From an uncultured Candidatus Saccharibacteria bacterium (GTDB lineage: Bacteria > Patescibacteriota > Minisyncoccia > Phycocordibacterales > JACOZG01): DNA of 64,000 nucleotides. The notes beneath the pieces are model-generated. The model had not been told where the DNA came from. It did not search any database and was given only the letters and a program-made list of their open reading frames with translations. The stretch covers positions 394,455 to 458,454 of the forward strand of contig OZ246403.1 of the NCBI GenBank assembly GCA_965230925.1, in the 5' to 3' direction. How positions within the stretch are numbered: position 1 is the stretch's first letter; each line of letters opens with the position of its first letter. Positions 37,277-46,786 of this stretch are shown here, piece after piece. The position numbers and the translations under genes were made by a program.

Positions 37277-39736
37277 ATGTTAAAAAAGGTTGTCTTAATA
37301 CTTCTGGTTCTCGGTTTTCTCGGGGGCGGAATTTTGGCAGTATGGATCGCCACGATTGATATCCCCGACTTCAACTCGTTCGAAGAACGGCGTATTGTGC
37401 AATCAACAAAAATCTATGACCGCACCGGAAAAGTCCTGCTCTATAACATTCACGATGATGTCCGACGCCAAATTATTTCAGGAGAAAATATTTCTCGGTT
37501 TATTAAAAATGCCACTGTAGCAATCGAGGATGATCAGTTCTATGAACACAATGGTGTTAAGCCCATGGCAATCTTACGCTCAGTCTTCGTTAATCTAGGT
37601 GCCGGCGCCCTTAAACAAGGTGGTTCAACCATTACTCAGCAATTAATTAAAAATTCAGTTCTCACTAAAGAAAAGAAATTTTCACGAAAAATCAAAGAAG
37701 CAGTGCTTGCTTTACGTCTCGAGAAAATGATGGGAAAAGAAGAAATTCTAACCCTTTATCTCAATGAAATCCCTTATGGGGGCAATCTCTACGGTGTAGA
37801 AGAGGCAGCACAGGCCTTCTATGGTAAACATGCGAACGAAGTCACCCTTGCTGAAGCCGCTTATATTGCCGCGATTCCTAAAGCTCCGACCTTCTATTCT
37901 CCTTATGGCCAAAATCGCACTCACCTTGATGAAAGAAAAAATCTCGTTTTAACCCGCATGACCGAGCTTGGTTACATTAAAAACGAAGAAGCAACGGCGG
38001 CAAAAACAGAAACTGTAGTCTTTCTTCCTCCGCAAGATCGTGGAATTAAAGCGCCTCACTTTGTGATTTGGGTTCGTGATTATCTAGAAAAAAAGTATGG
38101 TGCCGATACTGTTCGCCACGGCGGTCTCAAAGTCACCACCACTCTCAACTGGGATTGGCAGAAAAAGGCTGAAGAACTAGTAGCCAAGATCGCTCCAGGT
38201 AATCAAGAAAAGTTTAATGCCAAAAATACTGGACTCATCGCCATTGACCCAAAAACGGGTGAGCTTCTGGTGATGGTGGGCTCGCGAGATTACTTCGAAA
38301 CCGCGAATGACGGTAACTTTAATATCACTCTCACCCATCGCCAACCAGGTTCTTCATTCAAACCATTTGTCTACGCCACCGCTTTTAATGAAGGTTATAC
38401 TCCGGAAACCGTGGTTTTCGACCTAGAAACACAGTTCGACACCAACTGCGCCGATGGTGGTAATTGTTATAAACCACAAAATTACGACAATGTTTTCCGC
38501 GGCCCCATAACACTGCGCAATGCCCTCGCCCAATCAATCAACATTCCTGCAATTAAAACCCTATATTTAGCTGGGATAAAAGATTCCATTAAAACCGCCA
38601 AAGATATGGGGATTAAAAGCTTGACTGACCCGGACCGCTACGGCCTCACTCTCGTCCTTGGTGGTGGTGAAGTGTCGCTCCTAGATCTCACTAGTGCTTA
38701 CGGTGTCTTCGCCAATGATGGTATGCGCGCACCTTATGCAAGTATTCTTAAAGTCGAAGACGCAGAAGGGAAGGTGCTCGAAGAATTTACCCCCACCACC
38801 AATCGGGTGCTCCCAGAAAATACCGCTCGCCTTATCTCTAGTGTTCTCTCCGACAACACCGCTCGGACACCACTCTTTGGTGAGAACAACCTTCTTCACT
38901 TCGCTGGTCGCGATGTAGCGGCCAAAACCGGTACCACCAACGATTACCGCGACGCTTGGATCGTGGGTTACACCCCCTCAGTGGCTCTTGGTGCCTGGGC
39001 CGGCAACAACGACAATACCCCAATGGAAAAGAAAGTAGCTGGTCTAATTATCGCTCCCCTCTGGAATGCTCTAATGCAAGAATTTCTTAAAAATTTACCT
39101 ACCGACGACAAATTTCCTCGACCGGCTCCCTTAAGTAGCGAGATAAAACCCGTCCTCCGAGGGGTATGGCAAGGTGGCGAAGCATATGCGATTGATAAAA
39201 TCTCCAGAAAACTGGCCACAGAATATACTCCCGAAGAATTACGGGAAGAAAAAGTTCTCACAAATGTTCACTCTATTCTCTATTGGCTAAACAAAGATAA
39301 TCCAAACGGTCCTCAACCCTCAAATCCGCGCAGTGATCCCCAATTTGAACTCTGGGAACAACCAGTGCGCCTCTGGGCAGCCATCAACGGAATGGTAGAT
39401 CAAAACAAAAACGATATTCCAAAAGATAAAGATGATATTCATAAACCAGAATTCACTCCTGAAATAACCTTCACTAATATCGACGAAAAGGATGAATATG
39501 ACGCCGATAAACCACTAAATGTTACTGTGGAAGCAGAAGGTAAATATAAACCAACTCAGGCAGACTTCTTCTTAAACAATAATTATCTCGGCTCTAGTCA
39601 GAAAGAACCTTTCTCTCTGGTCTTTACCCCTCAAGAAATCCCCAATATTAGCGCTAGAAATGAATTAAAAGTGGTGGTTTATGACGATGTTCGTAATCGC
39701 GGCGAAGAAACTATCACCCTGAATATCGATAATTAA
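37277..39736 (+). CDS. Class A penicillin-binding protein (glycosyltransferase + transpeptidase) with C-terminal extension
   Basis: GT51 motifs EDDQFYEHNGV / GGSTITQQL; TP motifs SSFKP, SxN, KTGT. Confidence 0.9.
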   Translation: MLKKVVLILLVLGFLGGGILAVWIATIDIPDFNSFEERRIVQSTKIYDRTGKVLLYNIHDDVRRQIISGENISRFIKNATVAIEDDQFYEHNGVKPMAILRSVFVNLGAGALKQGGSTITQQLIKNSVLTKEKKFSRKIKEAVLALRLEKMMGKEEILTLYLNEIPYGGNLYGVEEAAQAFYGKHANEVTLAEAAYIAAIPKAPTFYSPYGQNRTHLDERKNLVLTRMTELGYIKNEEATAAKTETVVFLPPQDRGIKAPHFVIWVRDYLEKKYGADTVRHGGLKVTTTLNWDWQKKAEELVAKIAPGNQEKFNAKNTGLIAIDPKTGELLVMVGSRDYFETANDGNFNITLTHRQPGSSFKPFVYATAFNEGYTPETVVFDLETQFDTNCADGGNCYKPQNYDNVFRGPITLRNALAQSINIPAIKTLYLAGIKDSIKTAKDMGIKSLTDPDRYGLTLVLGGGEVSLLDLTSAYGVFANDGMRAPYASILKVEDAEGKVLEEFTPTTNRVLPENTARLISSVLSDNTARTPLFGENNLLHFAGRDVAAKTGTTNDYRDAWIVGYTPSVALGAWAGNNDNTPMEKKVAGLIIAPLWNALMQEFLKNLPTDDKFPRPAPLSSEIKPVLRGVWQGGEAYAIDKISRKLATEYTPEELREEKVLTNVHSILYWLNKDNPNGPQPSNPRSDPQFELWEQPVRLWAAINGMVDQNKNDIPKDKDDIHKPEFTPEITFTNIDEKDEYDADKPLNVTVEAEGKYKPTQADFFLNNNYLGSSQKEPFSLVFTPQEIPNISARNELKVVVYDDVRNRGEETITLNIDN

Positions 39737-39739
39737 CTT

Positions 39740-39997
39740 CTACAATATTTTCTTGGGCGCTTTCTTATCTAACAATTCTCGCAACTCAGCGAGAATTGCT
39801 TCTTTTTTCAAATATATTTCACTGCGCTCCACCGGCTTCAGATCAAGGTAGAGATCAAAATTACTGAGACGTAATTGTTTCGGCTTTAACTCAATCCCCG
39901 TTCGTTTAAACACCACCTCAATAACAACCTCTTTCACCTCCTGATCCGCCGGTTTCAGAACCTTAAATTTCCCTAAATATTTTTCGAGATTGTTCAC
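39740..39997 (-). CDS. Small conserved protein downstream of dnaN (DUF721/DciA-like?)
   Basis: 85 aa immediately 3' of dnaN; family assignment is from position and size only. Confidence 0.3.
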   Translation of the reverse strand: MNNLEKYLGKFKVLKPADQEVKEVVIEVVFKRTGIELKPKQLRLSNFDLYLDLKPVERSEIYLKKEAILAELRELLDKKAPKKIL

Positions 39998-40003
39998 AAA
40001 CTT

Positions 40004-41110
40004 TTACCGATGCATGGGCATCACGAGGTAGGCGTAGGTGGAGTCGCCAACACCTGTTAATAAAACAGGCTTATTGGCTCCGTTAAATTTAAGGGAAATT
40101 TGTTCAGTACCAAGAATCGCTAATGCTTCAAGAAGATAACGGACATTAAAACTCATTTCAACCATGTCTCCAGTGAATACACCATCAATTGTAACCACAT
40201 TTTCTCCCACATCGGCATTTTTGGCTGTAATTTCAAACAATTTCTCATTTGGCACCAACCTACAATCCACCTGATTTAATTTATTAGCGAAGATATTAGC
40301 GAGTTTTAAGGCATCTATAAGTTCTGTTCGAGAGATAACTACTTCTGTTTTATGACTCGCCGGCATAATTTGCCGATAATCTGGATAAACCCCATCAATC
40401 AAACGAGAAATGAAGTATAAATTATCATCAGTAATCGTTAATTGATTTTTATTAAAAACAAAAACAATTTCTTCGTTTGCGTTTTCAAAAAGTCTCAAGA
40501 TCTCCAAGGCATTCTTCGCAGGAATAATAAGTTCGACACTTTTTTCTGACTTCCCTAATCCAATTAATTTTCTCTCAGCAAGACGGAAAGAGTCTGTTGC
40601 CACCAAGATTAGATCATTCTCATTCTGATAGAGATACACACTATTGATCTCTGGTTTAATCGCCGAACTCGCAGCAGAAAAAAACACTGATTTTAAGCCG
40701 TTTATTAAAAACTGACTGTTTATTTTTAGTAAACCTCCATGATCTGAAACCGCCGGAAGTGACGGGAAGTCAGCTACAGGATACCCCTTCAAAAGAGTTG
40801 TATGTTTAGTAGAAGAAATTTGAATATTATCGTTTACTAAATCCAATTTAACTTTTTCCTCTCGAGTTAAGTTGTTTAAGAAAGCCACCAAAGTGCCACC
40901 ATTAACTGCCACTACCCCTTCTTGATCAACTTTTGCTGGAACTTTAATTTCCACACCAACCTCAAGATTAGTGGCACGAATAAATAAGGTTTTATCTTTT
41001 GCTTCGATTAAAACATTTGAGAGAATTGGTAAGGAAAGATTTTTTCCAGTTAAGCGCTCAGCTTGAGCCACTGCTCCCTTTAATTTTTCTTTTAAGCATT
41101 CTACTTTCAT
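40004..41110 (-). CDS. dnaN: DNA polymerase III beta sliding clamp
   Basis: MKVECLKEKL... three-domain ~368 aa clamp downstream of dnaA. Confidence 0.9.
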   Translation of the reverse strand: MKVECLKEKLKGAVAQAERLTGKNLSLPILSNVLIEAKDKTLFIRATNLEVGVEIKVPAKVDQEGVVAVNGGTLVAFLNNLTREEKVKLDLVNDNIQISSTKHTTLLKGYPVADFPSLPAVSDHGGLLKINSQFLINGLKSVFFSAASSAIKPEINSVYLYQNENDLILVATDSFRLAERKLIGLGKSEKSVELIIPAKNALEILRLFENANEEIVFVFNKNQLTITDDNLYFISRLIDGVYPDYRQIMPASHKTEVVISRTELIDALKLANIFANKLNQVDCRLVPNEKLFEITAKNADVGENVVTIDGVFTGDMVEMSFNVRYLLEALAILGTEQISLKFNGANKPVLLTGVGDSTYAYLVMPMHR

Positions 41111-41316
41111 ATTATTTTTTCTTAATTAATACAAGAAGTGATAATAGTTCTGGGGAAAAGTGGATTGTCTCTGAAATACATTGATAGTTCCACTGTTTTT
41201 ACTTGGTAGGACTTGGGGAAAAACATACCACTGTCTTTTTGTCTTTTACTCATTAATATCTTTTTATAATTTTCTTTCACAATTTATTCTCAACTTATTC
41301 CCTAGTTATTCACAGT
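41111..41316. other. Candidate oriC (dnaA-dnaN intergenic): AT-rich unwinding stretches plus DnaA-box-like repeats
   Basis: TTATTCACA (41306-41314; complement TGTGAATAA, 1 mismatch to TGTGGATAA) and three weaker TTATTC boxes at 11-bp spacing (41284, 41295, 41306, 41317). AT-rich runs at 41111-41135 and 41250-41290. Confidence 0.55.
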
Positions 41317-42708
41317 TTATTCAGTGTAAAGTCGGGCTCTAATTTGATCAATCTCTTCAACTAAACCTTGGTCGTTTTTTAAATCATGATTAATTTTATC
41401 GAAAGCGTGAATAACTGTAGTGTGGTCGCGACCTCCGAGTTTTTGGCCAATGTAAGGGTAAGAACTATTGAAGTCTTGGCGTAAGATATACATAATCACC
41501 TGCCTTGGTTTTACTACTTCTTTTTTGCGAGTTTTCTCATAGAGTGATTTTTCTTCAATATTATAGAAATCAGCCACAATTGTTGTGAGGTTTTTAATAG
41601 AAACATTCTTTTTGGGTTTGATACTACTCTTCAGGAGATTTTTTATCTCAATGAGGGTTAAATCACGTTTTTTTACATACGCTTGGCAAATAATCGCATT
41701 CAAGGCGCCCTCAAGCTCTCTAATATTATCTTGAACTGAGGAGGCTACGTATTCCAAAATATCTCCATGTAGAGAAAAACCAACCTGTTTGAGTTTTGAT
41801 TGGAGAATAGCTAAACGTGATTCATATTCTGGTTTACTGACACCAATCATCATCCCCCCTTCAAGCCGGGAACGAACACGTTCTTCAAGATTAGGGATCA
41901 ATTTAGGAGCCTTATCGGAAGAAAAGATAATTTGTTTGTTGTTTTCTTGGAAACTGTTGAATAAATGGAATAATTCCTCCTGGGTTTTATCTTTATTAGA
42001 GAGAAATTGCACATCGTCAAGGATTAAAAGGTCGTATTTTCGGTACTTTTCCTTGAAAACAAGAGCTTTGTTGTTTAAAACAGAGTTAACATAGTCATTC
42101 GAGAACCGTTCGGCGGTGATATAAAAGACTTTTTTATTCTGCCCTGCTTGTTTGAAATGATTTCCTACAGCCTGAATAAGGTGAGTTTTCCCCAACCCTG
42201 TTCCCCCGTGGATAAACAAAGGGTTATAACTCTTACCTGGGTTCTTAAGAACCGCTTGAGTGGCAGCATATGCCAACTCATTAAAGGAACCAACAATAAA
42301 AGAGTCAAAAAGGTACTTAGGATTTAAGTTATCCTCTTTATTGATATAGAGTTCGTTAAGACCCAAACCACCAGGAAGGATAGGTTTGTCGTAATATTCA
42401 GCCTTTTCTGCTCTTTTTTCCTCATTTCTCTGGATAATATACTCCAATCCCCTGATTTCTGGGGATAAATCACGAAGAGTTTTGACAATAAAACGATGAT
42501 ACTTGTTTGTTAACCAGTCTTTAACGAAAGTGTTCGGTACTCCTAGGTACACAACCCCTGAATCTTGCTTTACTACTCCAGTATTTTTGAACCAAGTGCC
42601 AAAATTTGCCTTGGAAATGTTTAACTCGATGATACCGAGAACGTCCTCCCAAAGTTTTTTGCTCTCAATCATCGGCACCAGTATATGCTTCTCGGTAAAA
42701 GTCGCCAA
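41317..42708 (-). CDS. dnaA: Chromosomal replication initiator DnaA
   Basis: AAA+ Walker A GGTGLGKTHL, Walker B LLILDDVQF, sensor/DnaA signature, C-terminal HTH. Confidence 0.95.
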   Translation of the reverse strand: MATFTEKHILVPMIESKKLWEDVLGIIELNISKANFGTWFKNTGVVKQDSGVVYLGVPNTFVKDWLTNKYHRFIVKTLRDLSPEIRGLEYIIQRNEEKRAEKAEYYDKPILPGGLGLNELYINKEDNLNPKYLFDSFIVGSFNELAYAATQAVLKNPGKSYNPLFIHGGTGLGKTHLIQAVGNHFKQAGQNKKVFYITAERFSNDYVNSVLNNKALVFKEKYRKYDLLILDDVQFLSNKDKTQEELFHLFNSFQENNKQIIFSSDKAPKLIPNLEERVRSRLEGGMMIGVSKPEYESRLAILQSKLKQVGFSLHGDILEYVASSVQDNIRELEGALNAIICQAYVKKRDLTLIEIKNLLKSSIKPKKNVSIKNLTTIVADFYNIEEKSLYEKTRKKEVVKPRQVIMYILRQDFNSSYPYIGQKLGGRDHTTVIHAFDKINHDLKNDQGLVEEIDQIRARLYTE

Positions 42709-42754
42709 GTAAATTCACTTGTTTATAAACAGTGGATAAGTTATTATCTTGGAT

Positions 42755-42889
42755 ATGTCATTTACCTATAAACCAAAGCGGAAAAAGCGCAAGACCACCC
42801 ACGGATTTTTAGTCCGAAGTAAGAGTGTGGGTGGGCGAAAGGTGTTAAAACGTCGCCGACAGAAGGGTCGGAAGAAACTCTCGGTTTAA
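42755..42889 (+). CDS. rpmH: 50S ribosomal protein L34
   Basis: Manually translated: [44 protein letters not shown]. Too short for the ORF track; a near-DnaA box (GTGGATAAG) lies upstream. Confidence 0.9.
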   Translation: MSFTYKPKRKKRKTTHGFLVRSKSVGGRKVLKRRRQKGRKKLSV

Positions 42890-42894
42890 GCTAT

Positions 42895-43245
42895 ATGCTC
42901 CCGGTTAAACATCGCCTGTCCCGACTGTCTGCCGGGCAGGTTTTAAGTTCTGGCCGCTCCTTCCACTCTCCTGTTTTAGGCCTAAAGTTAGCCAAAATTT
43001 CGGAAAATAGTGAAGAAAACAAGTTTCTTTTTGTGGTTCCGGCCAAAATAGCTAAAACAGCGGTACTTCGCCATCGTCTCAAGCGGCAATTGCGCTCAAT
43101 AGTGATAAAAACCCTGCCTAATTTACATAAAAACGGCCTCGGAATAATGATTTTTATGAAAAAAGATGGTGTAATTCTTCCTTTTGCCCGCCTAGAGGAA
43201 GAATTGTTAAATTTGTTCAATCAAGCTAAGCTAATAGGTAAGTAA
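42895..43245 (+). CDS. rnpA: Ribonuclease P protein component
   Basis: Basic ~115 aa protein following rpmH; KHRLSRLS...RLKRQLR pattern. Confidence 0.8.
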   Translation: MLPVKHRLSRLSAGQVLSSGRSFHSPVLGLKLAKISENSEENKFLFVVPAKIAKTAVLRHRLKRQLRSIVIKTLPNLHKNGLGIMIFMKKDGVILPFARLEEELLNLFNQAKLIGK

Positions 43246-43250
43246 TTCTC

Positions 43251-43997
43251 ATGAAGTATTTGTTTAATCAGGTGTTTTTCTTGCCCCTTTATAATGCTCT
43301 GGTGTTTTTGAGCGGCATCATGCCCGGACACAGCCTTGGTTTGGCGATTATTGTTCTTACTCTTTTAGTTAAGATTGTTTTATTCCCTCTTTATCATAAA
43401 ACAACAACCACTCAGGCTAAACTTAAACTTCTTGAGCCAGAATTAAAGAAAATTAAAGCCGAAACAACTGATAATCGGCAATTACAAGCTCAGAAAATCA
43501 TGGAATTATACCGAGTTCATGGTGTTAGTCCTTTTGCTGGGATTGGGGTAATGCTTATCCAGCTACCTATCCTTTGGGCTCTTTATAAGGTTTTCCGCGG
43601 TAGCTTCGAGTTTGACGGTGCTTTGGTGTATTCCTTTATTAATGCCCCCTCTTCTGTAAACCATTTTCTCTTTGGTATTTTGGATTTAACAGCAACAAGC
43701 TATATTCTCGCCCTTTTAGTGGGATTATCTCAGTATATTCAAGTTCGTCTCGCTCTGCCGCCGGTAAAACCCGATTTGGTTCCCAATAATAACCCCTCCT
43801 TCTCTGATAATTTGTCGAAAAGTATGGGAATGCAGATGCGTTATATCTTACCAGTAATGATGATTGTTATTTCAGCCGGTTTACCAGCCGCCCTCCCCCT
43901 TTATTGGTTAGTAGGAAACATTTTCCAAATTGGTCACGAGGTGTTGGTGAAGAGAAAAGCTTTCACTTTACTCCAAGGTGAGCGCCCACAGGCTTGA
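43251..43997 (+). CDS. yidC: Membrane protein insertase YidC, short (monoderm-type, no large periplasmic domain)
   Basis: 248 aa, 5 TM core; rpmH-rnpA-yidC synteny. Confidence 0.85.
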   Translation: MKYLFNQVFFLPLYNALVFLSGIMPGHSLGLAIIVLTLLVKIVLFPLYHKTTTTQAKLKLLEPELKKIKAETTDNRQLQAQKIMELYRVHGVSPFAGIGVMLIQLPILWALYKVFRGSFEFDGALVYSFINAPSSVNHFLFGILDLTATSYILALLVGLSQYIQVRLALPPVKPDLVPNNNPSFSDNLSKSMGMQMRYILPVMMIVISAGLPAALPLYWLVGNIFQIGHEVLVKRKAFTLLQGERPQA

Positions 43998-45167
43998 ATC
44001 TAAGCGATTTTTAAAGAAAACCAGGGTTTCGGTGGGATTTAGCATTAATTCCACGGCGTCGAGGGTTATACCACTCTCTAGACCGTAGCTTTTTTGCCAT
44101 ACCAGTCTTGTTTCGCCTGTCTCGGCGTTTATCCACCAGAGACTGTCATCAAAAGTTTTTTCCCCTCGATACCATTCATCAGGATAATTTCCGGCCGGTA
44201 AATTAGTGGGCACGGCACAATAGAGACTCAGTTTGTTTTTAGTCCAAACACATTTCTCAGCTATGGTTTCAAGGGAAATAAGTGAATTATCCTTTGTGAT
44301 TAAGTCAAAAAGGTACAGTCTCAACCCTTTTCCTACGCTCTCACTATAGACAATCTTTTTACCATCTGGGCTTACTAGAGTATTTAGACCTAAAATACCC
44401 CCTAAAACTTTTGTCCAAGCATTACTTTCGGGGTTTAAAAAGTAGAGTGATCCAGGGAGATTAGACGCTGGTTTAGTGAGGAAGCCAAGGGTTTTTTCTT
44501 CAGGCCAAGTGACCAGCCATTCGGTTAAAGGTGAAGAAACAACTTCTTTTTCTGTGCCACCGGCCCAGTTTCTTACTGTGCCTACGGTGTTACTCCCTGT
44601 TTTTTCTAGGGTAAAGAGTTTGTTTCCACTCGGTGAGGCAACAATTTGAGTAATAGAGTCATTGAGTGGTTGATTGTTGGCAAGGAGAAGATTGTGTCTG
44701 GTGTTTTCTTCCTCATAACTTACTGCTGTAAAGGTAGTACTTGCAGTGTGACCCCAAGCGACACTCATGACGCCGGGTAAGGTGGTGTTGGTAAACCGAG
44801 TGGTTTCTTCTGTCTCTAAATCACGGAAATAAATATGACCGGTCGATTTTTCCATATAAGCAAGCACGGTGCTACTGGCTTGAGAAAAGATACTAAAACC
44901 ACTAATAGGCGAATTAACCACTTTAACCAGGCGACCACCAAAACTTTGATTAATTACCTGATCAGTCGGTGTTTCTGTGCCTACATTGCCTTCGTCTGTT
45001 GTATCAATTGGCTTTGCACCACCTTCATCTATGGGAAAAAATTCATCCACTGTTTCAGTGGGGGTTGGTGTTTCCCCATTATCTCGCTCAAAGTAGAAAA
45101 AGAGGCCTAATAAAAAGCCAAGAGCGGCTATGACGAGAATAATAATGATGAGAATTTTTTGACTCAT
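43968..45167 (-). CDS. Membrane-anchored beta-propeller protein (TolB/PD40-like repeats); last gene of the T4SS-like operon
   Basis: N-terminal TM (ILIIIILVIAALGFLLGLFFYF), acidic linker, repeated SPDGKK-type blades. Confidence 0.45.
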   Translation of the reverse strand: MSQKILIIIILVIAALGFLLGLFFYFERDNGETPTPTETVDEFFPIDEGGAKPIDTTDEGNVGTETPTDQVINQSFGGRLVKVVNSPISGFSIFSQASSTVLAYMEKSTGHIYFRDLETEETTRFTNTTLPGVMSVAWGHTASTTFTAVSYEEENTRHNLLLANNQPLNDSITQIVASPSGNKLFTLEKTGSNTVGTVRNWAGGTEKEVVSSPLTEWLVTWPEEKTLGFLTKPASNLPGSLYFLNPESNAWTKVLGGILGLNTLVSPDGKKIVYSESVGKGLRLYLFDLITKDNSLISLETIAEKCVWTKNKLSLYCAVPTNLPAGNYPDEWYRGEKTFDDSLWWINAETGETRLVWQKSYGLESGITLDAVELMLNPTETLVFFKNRLDSSLWALTLE

Positions 45168-45583
45168 TGATCTTCTTGTTGATTTACTGGTTGATTTGAT
45201 TCGAGACTAAAGTTAACTCGCACTAACTCAGGATTAATTTGGCGCAAGAGAATATAAGCAGCTAGAGCGAGAAGAAGACCCCAGAGCGCTTGAGTAATTC
45301 GCTCTTTTGAGCCACCTTTTACCCCTGGTACGCCACTGGCCGCGTATTTTACTCCTTCCCAAATAATGATGAGGATTCCCAAAAGCCCAATAAATCCAAT
45401 GGCTTTAGGAAAAAGATCGGTTAGATATTGAGCTAAATTCCCCACTTTTTCCTGCCCGGTAATTCCCGGCTCAAGTAGACATACGCCATCATTGTCTGAT
45501 TTACAGCCAGTTTGAGCATGCACAAAAGTTAAAAGAGGAATACTGAAGGCAAGAATAAGGCTAAAAATAAGGAGTTTTTTCAT
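45164..45583 (-). CDS. VirB2/TrbC-like pilin candidate (signal peptide + two hydrophobic helices)
   Basis: MKKLLIFSLILAFSIPLLTFVHA signal, then helices AIGFIGLLGILIIIW and ALWGLLLALAAYILL; 139 aa; overlaps neighbouring genes by 4 nt. Confidence 0.45.
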   Translation of the reverse strand: MKKLLIFSLILAFSIPLLTFVHAQTGCKSDNDGVCLLEPGITGQEKVGNLAQYLTDLFPKAIGFIGLLGILIIIWEGVKYAASGVPGVKGGSKERITQALWGLLLALAAYILLRQINPELVRVNFSLESNQPVNQQEDQ

Positions 45584-46357
45584 TTAGAAATTAAAATTAC
45601 TCCGGCCATATGTAATATTAAATTTATTAACCACCTTCTGCAGTATTTTGTTGGAATTCTTGGTGAGCAAACTCACTGTCACCTCCCCTGTTTCTCCAGC
45701 TGGTGCAGCAAAGGTGATGACTCTGCCACCTTCAGAACTTCCACGCGCCGGTTTATTATTCACTTGCCAGTCGAAGCTCACATTACCGCGAGTAAAGTCG
45801 CCCAGAGAGACAAAATACGGCTCAGCGAGCAGCATCACCTCCTTCTCGGTAAGCGCGAGGCTACTGCCGAGTGCGGCGCCATAATTCGCACCAGAGAGTG
45901 GTGAGAGTGGGTAAATCACTGCTTTTGGAGTAATTACGGGAATAGTGAGGCTTTTAGTGATCTCAGCGCCATTTCCATTACTTACTTTAACTGTGATTGT
46001 ATTACCTCCTACTGTGGCAGCTTGATAGGTTAAAGTATTTTTGCCGATTCCTGAGGAACCTGGGAGATTAAAATTATCTTTTTTCCAAGTATAGGTAAGG
46101 TTGTTGGGATTCATTCCGGGAAAGTCAGCAAGGGCGACCACTCTCACCTCACTCTCGGAGCTCACCTGACTGTGACCACGGTAAAAAGTTGGGGTGTATG
46201 TTCTTGCTTCAAAGAAAAGGTCAACCGAAGACGGGGTTTGAGCGGCCGCAACCGCAGAAAGCATTCCCATCAAGAGAAGTGGAAGTGCTGTCACACCAAA
46301 TTTCATAGCCTTTAGTTTATCACACCTCTCCTGGAGAGAGTTGAGGAGAACTTTCAT
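45584..46357 (-). CDS. Secreted beta-rich (Ig-like?) protein in the T4SS-like operon
   Basis: Signal peptide; Thr/Ser/Gly/Asn-rich beta-strand pattern. Confidence 0.4.
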   Translation of the reverse strand: MKVLLNSLQERCDKLKAMKFGVTALPLLLMGMLSAVAAAQTPSSVDLFFEARTYTPTFYRGHSQVSSESEVRVVALADFPGMNPNNLTYTWKKDNFNLPGSSGIGKNTLTYQAATVGGNTITVKVSNGNGAEITKSLTIPVITPKAVIYPLSPLSGANYGAALGSSLALTEKEVMLLAEPYFVSLGDFTRGNVSFDWQVNNKPARGSSEGGRVITFAAPAGETGEVTVSLLTKNSNKILQKVVNKFNITYGRSNFNF

Positions 46358-46781
46358 TGGACCGCTCTTCTCGGCGACGGTAAGGGTATGCTTTCCAATG
46401 TTTATCCCAACCCTTTCCTAACTTTTTGGTGTTTTTGGATAATTCTTTAATTTTTACCAGGAGTTTTTTGATTAAACGGTTGATCCACCAATTGGCGAGA
46501 GTGTTCCACGGGAGCATGGATATAAAGGGAACCATCCCTAGGAGAGCAGCAAAAGAAGAAATCAAAGCAATTTTAAGCTGGATAATACCTATGGAAACAC
46601 CAGATTTGGCAACGGCTTTTAAAATAGGCATATATTTGAAGATAAAAACCCCAAGCCAAATAAGCCAATAGATGGCATTAGTGACAACGTTTACGAAAGG
46701 AATTAAGTCTAAAAGGTCAAAAATAAAAGTTATTACCGCCATGGTAATTTGAAATTGTAGTGAAAGGCCGAGTGTTTGCAT
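46320..46781 (-). CDS. Polytopic small membrane protein (4 TM) with basic C-terminal tail
   Basis: Hydrophobic helices; tail KKLGKGWDKHWKAYPYRRREER. Confidence 0.4.
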   Translation of the reverse strand: MQTLGLSLQFQITMAVITFIFDLLDLIPFVNVVTNAIYWLIWLGVFIFKYMPILKAVAKSGVSIGIIQLKIALISSFAALLGMVPFISMLPWNTLANWWINRLIKKLLVKIKELSKNTKKLGKGWDKHWKAYPYRRREERSNESSPQLSPGEV

Positions 46782-46786
46782 GCTAA

